A model generated the notes under the pieces. That model was not told where the DNA came from. It saw only the letters and a program-made list of their open reading frames with translations, and ran no database searches. A DNA stretch of 30,031 bases from Acidimicrobiales bacterium (GTDB lineage Bacteria; Actinomycetota; Acidimicrobiia; Acidimicrobiales; RAAP-2): positions 1 to 30,031 of the forward strand of contig JBOGGB010000194.1 in the NCBI GenBank assembly GCA_050743605.1, read 5' to 3'. Below, in pieces: positions 26,307 to 30,031 of this stretch (position 1 is the first letter of the stretch; the number at the start of each line of letters is the position of its first letter). Position numbers and translations under genes: made by a program.

Positions 26307-26462
26307 TCAACGGACGTGCTTGTGGTTCCGGTGCTCAATGATCATCTCGTGATGGGTCTCGCGCCGCTTGGTGGCAAAACCACCCTTGACGCTCTCGGCG
26401 TCGTCCTCGGTGATCTCCAGGTCCTCGGTCAGCGTCTGGTCCTGCTCCGGGGTGTCGCTCAT
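26307..26462 (-). CDS. 51-aa peptide with double-glycine-type leader and His-rich core (RiPP/bacteriocin-precursor-like)
   Basis: MSDTPEQDQTLTEDLEITEDDAESVKGG|FATKRRETHHEMIIEHRNHKHVR. RBS GGGAGAG is 4 nt before the ATG, with a TACAAT -10-like box at 26528-26523. Confidence 0.7.
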   Translation of the reverse strand: MSDTPEQDQTLTEDLEITEDDAESVKGGFATKRRETHHEMIIEHRNHKHVR

Positions 26463-26694
26463 TCGGCTCTCCCGCTTTCGGTTGTCTCTCTGGCCGGGTA
26501 CCGGTCGGTCCCGCCTCCCTACATTGTACGAGAGGTGCAATCGACATTTCTGTATCCGTCCTGACAGTAGGAACGATCCCGAGGTGACGCACGAATCGAC
26601 TCCTACGCCAAGGTCGATGACGACGCCGAGCGCAGCGTGTCGAACCCTGCCAAAAGACGATCGCCGCCGAAGGGAAGAGGGCGAGAGCGGTACT

Positions 26695-27155
26695 CGCCGA
26701 AGCCGAAGACCGATGCTGGCAAGCGCACGCTGCGCGTACCATCCAACGTTCTGCCCGACCTAACGGAGCACGTGAGCAAATATGTCGACCCAGATGCCAA
26801 CGCGCCGGTGCTCGTCGGAGTCCTCGGTGATCCGGTGCTCCCGGGCGTGTTGCAGGCCGCATGGAACCGAGCTCGGGTGAAGGTGGAACGTCCTGACCTA
26901 CGCCTGCACGACCTCCGACACTCGGGTCTCACGCTCGCTGCAATGCAGGGAGCGACGACGCGTCAGCTCATGCGTCGTGCCGGGCACGCGTCGCCTGCGG
27001 CCGCGCTCCGGTATCAGCACGCGACCGAGGGGCACGACAGGGACCTCGCCGAAGCGTTGTCCGCGTCGGCATCGACGGGGAAGGTCGTTCGGATCGGACC
27101 GCGGGGACACCGCGGGGACAGGCCAGCCACGGTCAAGGCACGATCCAAGAAGTAG
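26695..27155 (+). pseudogene. 5'-truncated tyrosine integrase (copy 2)
   Basis: PKTDAGKRTL, LRLHDLRHSGLT and AGHASPAAALRYQH retain K, HxxR, H and Y. The N-terminal domains and first catalytic Arg are absent. Confidence 0.88.
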
Positions 27156-27176
27156 GCCGGTGACCTGGGAAAACGA

Positions 27177-27225
27177 TGGAGCGGCCGACGAGGATCGAAC
27201 TCGCATCATCAGCTTGGAAGGCTAA
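27177..27225 (-). mobile_element. att-site: tRNA-Gly(TCC) 3' half, copy 2
   Basis: Reverse complement is TTAGCCTTCCAAGCTGATGATGCGAGTTCGATCCTCGTCGGCCGCTCCA, covering the anticodon arm, T-arm, acceptor 3' strand and CCA. No D-arm or 5' acceptor strand is present. Confidence 0.88.
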
Positions 27226-27316
27226 CTGACCTACTAAGTGCCGACGGGCCCCGAGTAAAAACCGCAGGTCAGTGGCAGTGGGGGAGTAGTACCGACAAGT
27301 CACGATGAGACCCGGC

Positions 27317-27358
27317 CGCGGGATGCCCGCGGGATGCCCGCGGGATGGACGCGGGATG
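27317..27358 (+). repeat. 11-nt tandem repeat x about 4 (CGCGGGATGnn), candidate integrase arm-type sites
   Basis: cgcgggatgcc cgcgggatgcc cgcgggatgga cgcgggatg. A related ACCGCGGGGAC x2 lies at 27098-27119 on the other side of the att core. Confidence 0.8.
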
Positions 27359-27416
27359 AGACGCAGGGAGCATGCAGATAGCCGTTCCGCTCGGACGGTC
27401 GAAAGGAGCGGGGAAG

Positions 27417-27545
27417 ATGGCAGGACAGCCAGAGCCAGAGACCGCCACCGAGCGGATCGTGGAGTACCTGTGGCTCGTCCAGGAGGCCCGGGAGGTCCGG
27501 CACGCGGCCCAGGTGGCACGGGCGGCGCTACAGCGGACCATGTAG
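27417..27545 (+). CDS. small hypothetical protein (42 aa)
   Basis: AAAGGAG RBS, then MAGQPEPETATERIVEYLWLVQEAREVRHAAQVARAALQRTM. Not in the ORF track. Confidence 0.45.
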   Translation: MAGQPEPETATERIVEYLWLVQEAREVRHAAQVARAALQRTM

Positions 27546-27816
27546 CCGTTCCTCCGGGTTCTGTCGAGACTGGAGAGCGCGAGTCACGCCGTCGCGGCGT
27601 TCGTGAGCCTCCTGAAGACAGCTCAAGGTCACGATCGCAGGGCGAGCTACGTCCGTAGCCGCGGCCCGAGTGTGCGGTGCAAGCGCCGCCACGTCGCTCG
27701 TGCGGTAGCGGCCCGCCTGGGCTGATCTCCACCGGCGTGAGATCGCCAACTTCCATCATGCGACGGACCGTCGAGCGGGAGAAGCCGAGCGCCTTCGCGA
27801 CGTCACCAGAACCCAT
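27528..27816 (-). pseudogene. MerR/HTH_17 (excisionase-like) DNA-binding protein, frameshifted
   Basis: MGSGDVAKALGFSRSTVRRMMEVGDLTPVEISPGG continues in another frame as RYRTSDVAAL, matching the TPGGxRRYRxxDV wing. The shift is near 27712. Confidence 0.65.
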
Positions 27817-28234
27817 CGTCGCCGAGACACCGCGAGACCGGCTGGCGGCGGCGGCGATGTCCGCGTCGCGCCGTTCACGCCTTCGAATCGCCGGTCCGCC
27901 GGTCGAGCCATCTTGGTGCAGTTGCCCATCACGTCAAGACGGGATGAGAGCGATGGGGTGTCCAAACGGCTGCTCTGGGCTCGACCGAGGACGTGAGCCG
28001 CGTGTCACCCGCCACCCACATGGGACCGCCCCTCAATAATGTAGCTCTTGGCCGGTGCCGTCAGGCTGGGCGAAATCGTCGCACGTTGTTGTGCCATGCC
28101 CCCATGCGTGACGTCGTACACTACGCACCTCCATACTGGGGGTGCGGCGGTCGACCCGCGGCGATGCTCAGAAAAGGGCAGGAGCGCCCGCGACGGTCGG
28201 GAACGTGTTCAATGGTGGACCACCCCTCTGTCTA

Positions 28235-28272
28235 ATACAACATCAGCATTTACAATGTTGATGTTGTATAGT
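28235..28272. promoter_or_regulatory. 16-bp inverted repeat overlapping a TATAGT -10 box; probable operator/leaderless promoter
   Basis: ATACAACATCAGCATT-tac-AATGTTGATGTTGTAT (15/16 match). TATAGT at 28267-28272 lies 7 nt before GTG 28280. Confidence 0.65.
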
Positions 28273-28279
28273 ACTCTCA

Positions 28280-29888
28280 GTGAGACAGATCCCTCACCCC
28301 GAGGACCTCTTCGATCGCCAACAGGAGTGGGCGGAGCTATCTGCCTTCGTGACCGATCCGACCCCGGGTTTGCGTATTGGCATCGTCTACGGCCGTCGCC
28401 GGCAGGGCAAGTCTTACCTCCTCCGACGTCTAGCTGTAGCCACCGGCGGCTTCTACTACCAGGCGCTCGAGCACGAGCCTGCTCAGGCCCGCGCTGATCT
28501 CGGTGAACGACTCGGGTCCCACCTGGGTGTCGGCCGCCTCGCACTTGCAGATTGGCCCGAGGCGATCTCCGCTCTTCGGGGGCTGGCCCCACGTCGGAGC
28601 GGGCTCCTGGGCGACGCGCTCGTCGGGTCGTCGCTGATGGGCGGCGGATCGAACGTCAACGGCCCTGCGGTGGCGGTTCTCGACGAGTTCCCTTATCTGC
28701 TGGAGCGGTCCCCCGAGCTCCCCTCGCTGCTCCAGCGCGCCGTGGACCCCTCGCGGGAGCAGAACTGGCCGGCGGTCCGCCTCATCCTCTGTGGCTCAGC
28801 GATCTCGGTGATGGCGGATCTCCTCGAGGGCAAGGGACCACTGCGGGGTCGAGGGCACACCAATCTGGTCATGCGCCCCTTCGATCACTTGGACGCTCGG
28901 ATCTTTTGGAACATCTCCGACCTGCGCCTCGCATTTCGGATGCACGCGACCCTCGGGGGCACGCCCGCATACCGCGATCTCGTGCCATCGATCCCCAAGT
29001 CACTGAAGGGGTTCGACTCGTGGGTCGTGAACGACGTTCTTTCCCCCGCTTCTCTTCCATGAAGACGAGTGGTTGCTCGGTAAGGCGCGCGGAATGCAGA
29101 ATCGAGCGCTATACACCTCAATTCTCGCTGCAGTCGCCGCCGGGAACTCCACCCAGACCTCGATCACGAGCCAGCTGGGGCGGTCCCAGCAGAGCTTGCT
29201 GCGTCCACTTGAAGGTCTCGTCAAAGCTGGCTTCCTAGCCAAACACGACGACGCACTCCGGCAGCGTCGGCCCGTATACCGGATCGTCGATCCGATCATC
29301 CGCTTCCACCAAGTGGTCCGGCAACCTCGGATGGCGCTCTTCGAAGAACGGCGCGGTGTCGAGGCGTGGGCAGATGCGAAGTCGAGCTTCGAGTCCCTTG
29401 TTCTTGGCCCCCACTTCGAGCATCTGGCGCGAGAGTGCGTGCGGCGGGTTGGCAACACGCTCTTCGGTGTCCCGATCGTCACGGCAGGGGCGACGGTTGT
29501 CAACGACCGGGAGGGACGCGCCCAACACGAGCTCGGCATCGTGGCGCTCCGTGCCGGGACCGGGCCGCAACACCGCGTCGTCGAGGCGATCGGCGAAGCC
29601 AAGCTCCGAAAGCTAGGTGAAAGCGACCTGACACGGCTGGAGCTCATCCGCTCGAAACTCGATGGCACCGAAAGGGCCCGGCTCGTCCTTGCCTCAGCGG
29701 GCGGGTTCATCGACGCCCTCGTCGCTCAGGCAAGCGACAGGACAGATGTCCACCTCATCAGGTTGGAGGACATCTACGCGGGGTCAGCGGGGCGCTGGAT
29801 GCCTGGAATCCCCCTACGCGCGAGTGGCATCAGGCACCGGCAGGCCGCTGCGCAACGTAGACTTGGAGGTGGCACGGGTCGATCATGA
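28280..29888 (+). pseudogene. AAA ATPase (ATPase_2-like)/wHTH/DUF234-like nuclease protein, frameshifted near 29055
   Basis: Walker A YGRRRQGKS, Walker B VLDEFPYL, ILCGS, GR and GGTPAY, then after the frameshift YRIVDPIIRFH, FEHLARE, ELGIV and IGEAK. Confidence 0.85.
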
Positions 29889-30031
29889 GGGCCGAGTTTC
29901 CATCATGCTTGACGGGTGTCCGGGGCGGCGCGAGCCGAAGGTCTTGGACGGTCAGCGGAGGAAGTCCACCCGCAGATTGGGAACGCGTCCTGCCGGATGA
30001 AGAACCGTCGTGCGCTGGCAACCATGGCGAC

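Noticed and set aside
27177..27260. Complete tRNA-Gly gene
   Set aside because: Only the anticodon arm to CCA is present. The sequence beyond 27225 gives no D-arm or complementary acceptor strand.
27317..27358. CRISPR array or iteron origin
   Set aside because: The 11-nt units have no spacers, there is no rep gene, and the position beside att fits arm sites better.
29889..30031. ORFs at the window end
   Set aside because: Short, with no recognisable motifs.

Overview
High-GC actinobacterial-type DNA; the gene complement suggests Acidimicrobiia, which is an inference. Bases 1-21800 hold housekeeping and metabolic genes: partial purK, a DsbA-like protein, a PAP2 phosphatase, a RecB-family nuclease, enoyl-CoA hydratase, a small HiPIP-like 4-Cys protein, a STAS protein, an S9 peptidase, RNase Z, a secreted GH25-like/CWB2 protein, two MFS transporters, an IclR-linked cluster (solute-binding protein, pobA, gallate dioxygenase), proline iminopeptidase and an SDR. 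From about 23200 to the end is a decayed integration hotspot. It has two direct-repeat units of tyrosine-integrase 3' end plus tRNA-Gly(TCC) 3' fragment with 11-nt arm-like repeats, IS3 and IS110 remnants, a frameshifted HTH gene and a frameshifted AAA-ATPase/nuclease gene behind a strong palindrome. The most notable items are an orphan 51-aa double-glycine-leader peptide with a His-rich core (26307-26462), a two-stem-loop bridge-RNA-like element antisense and upstream of an internally deleted IS110 recombinase (about 25700-25890), a signal-less HiPIP-like protein, and the pobA/gallate dioxygenase pairing. All calls come from reading motifs by eye; no searches were run.
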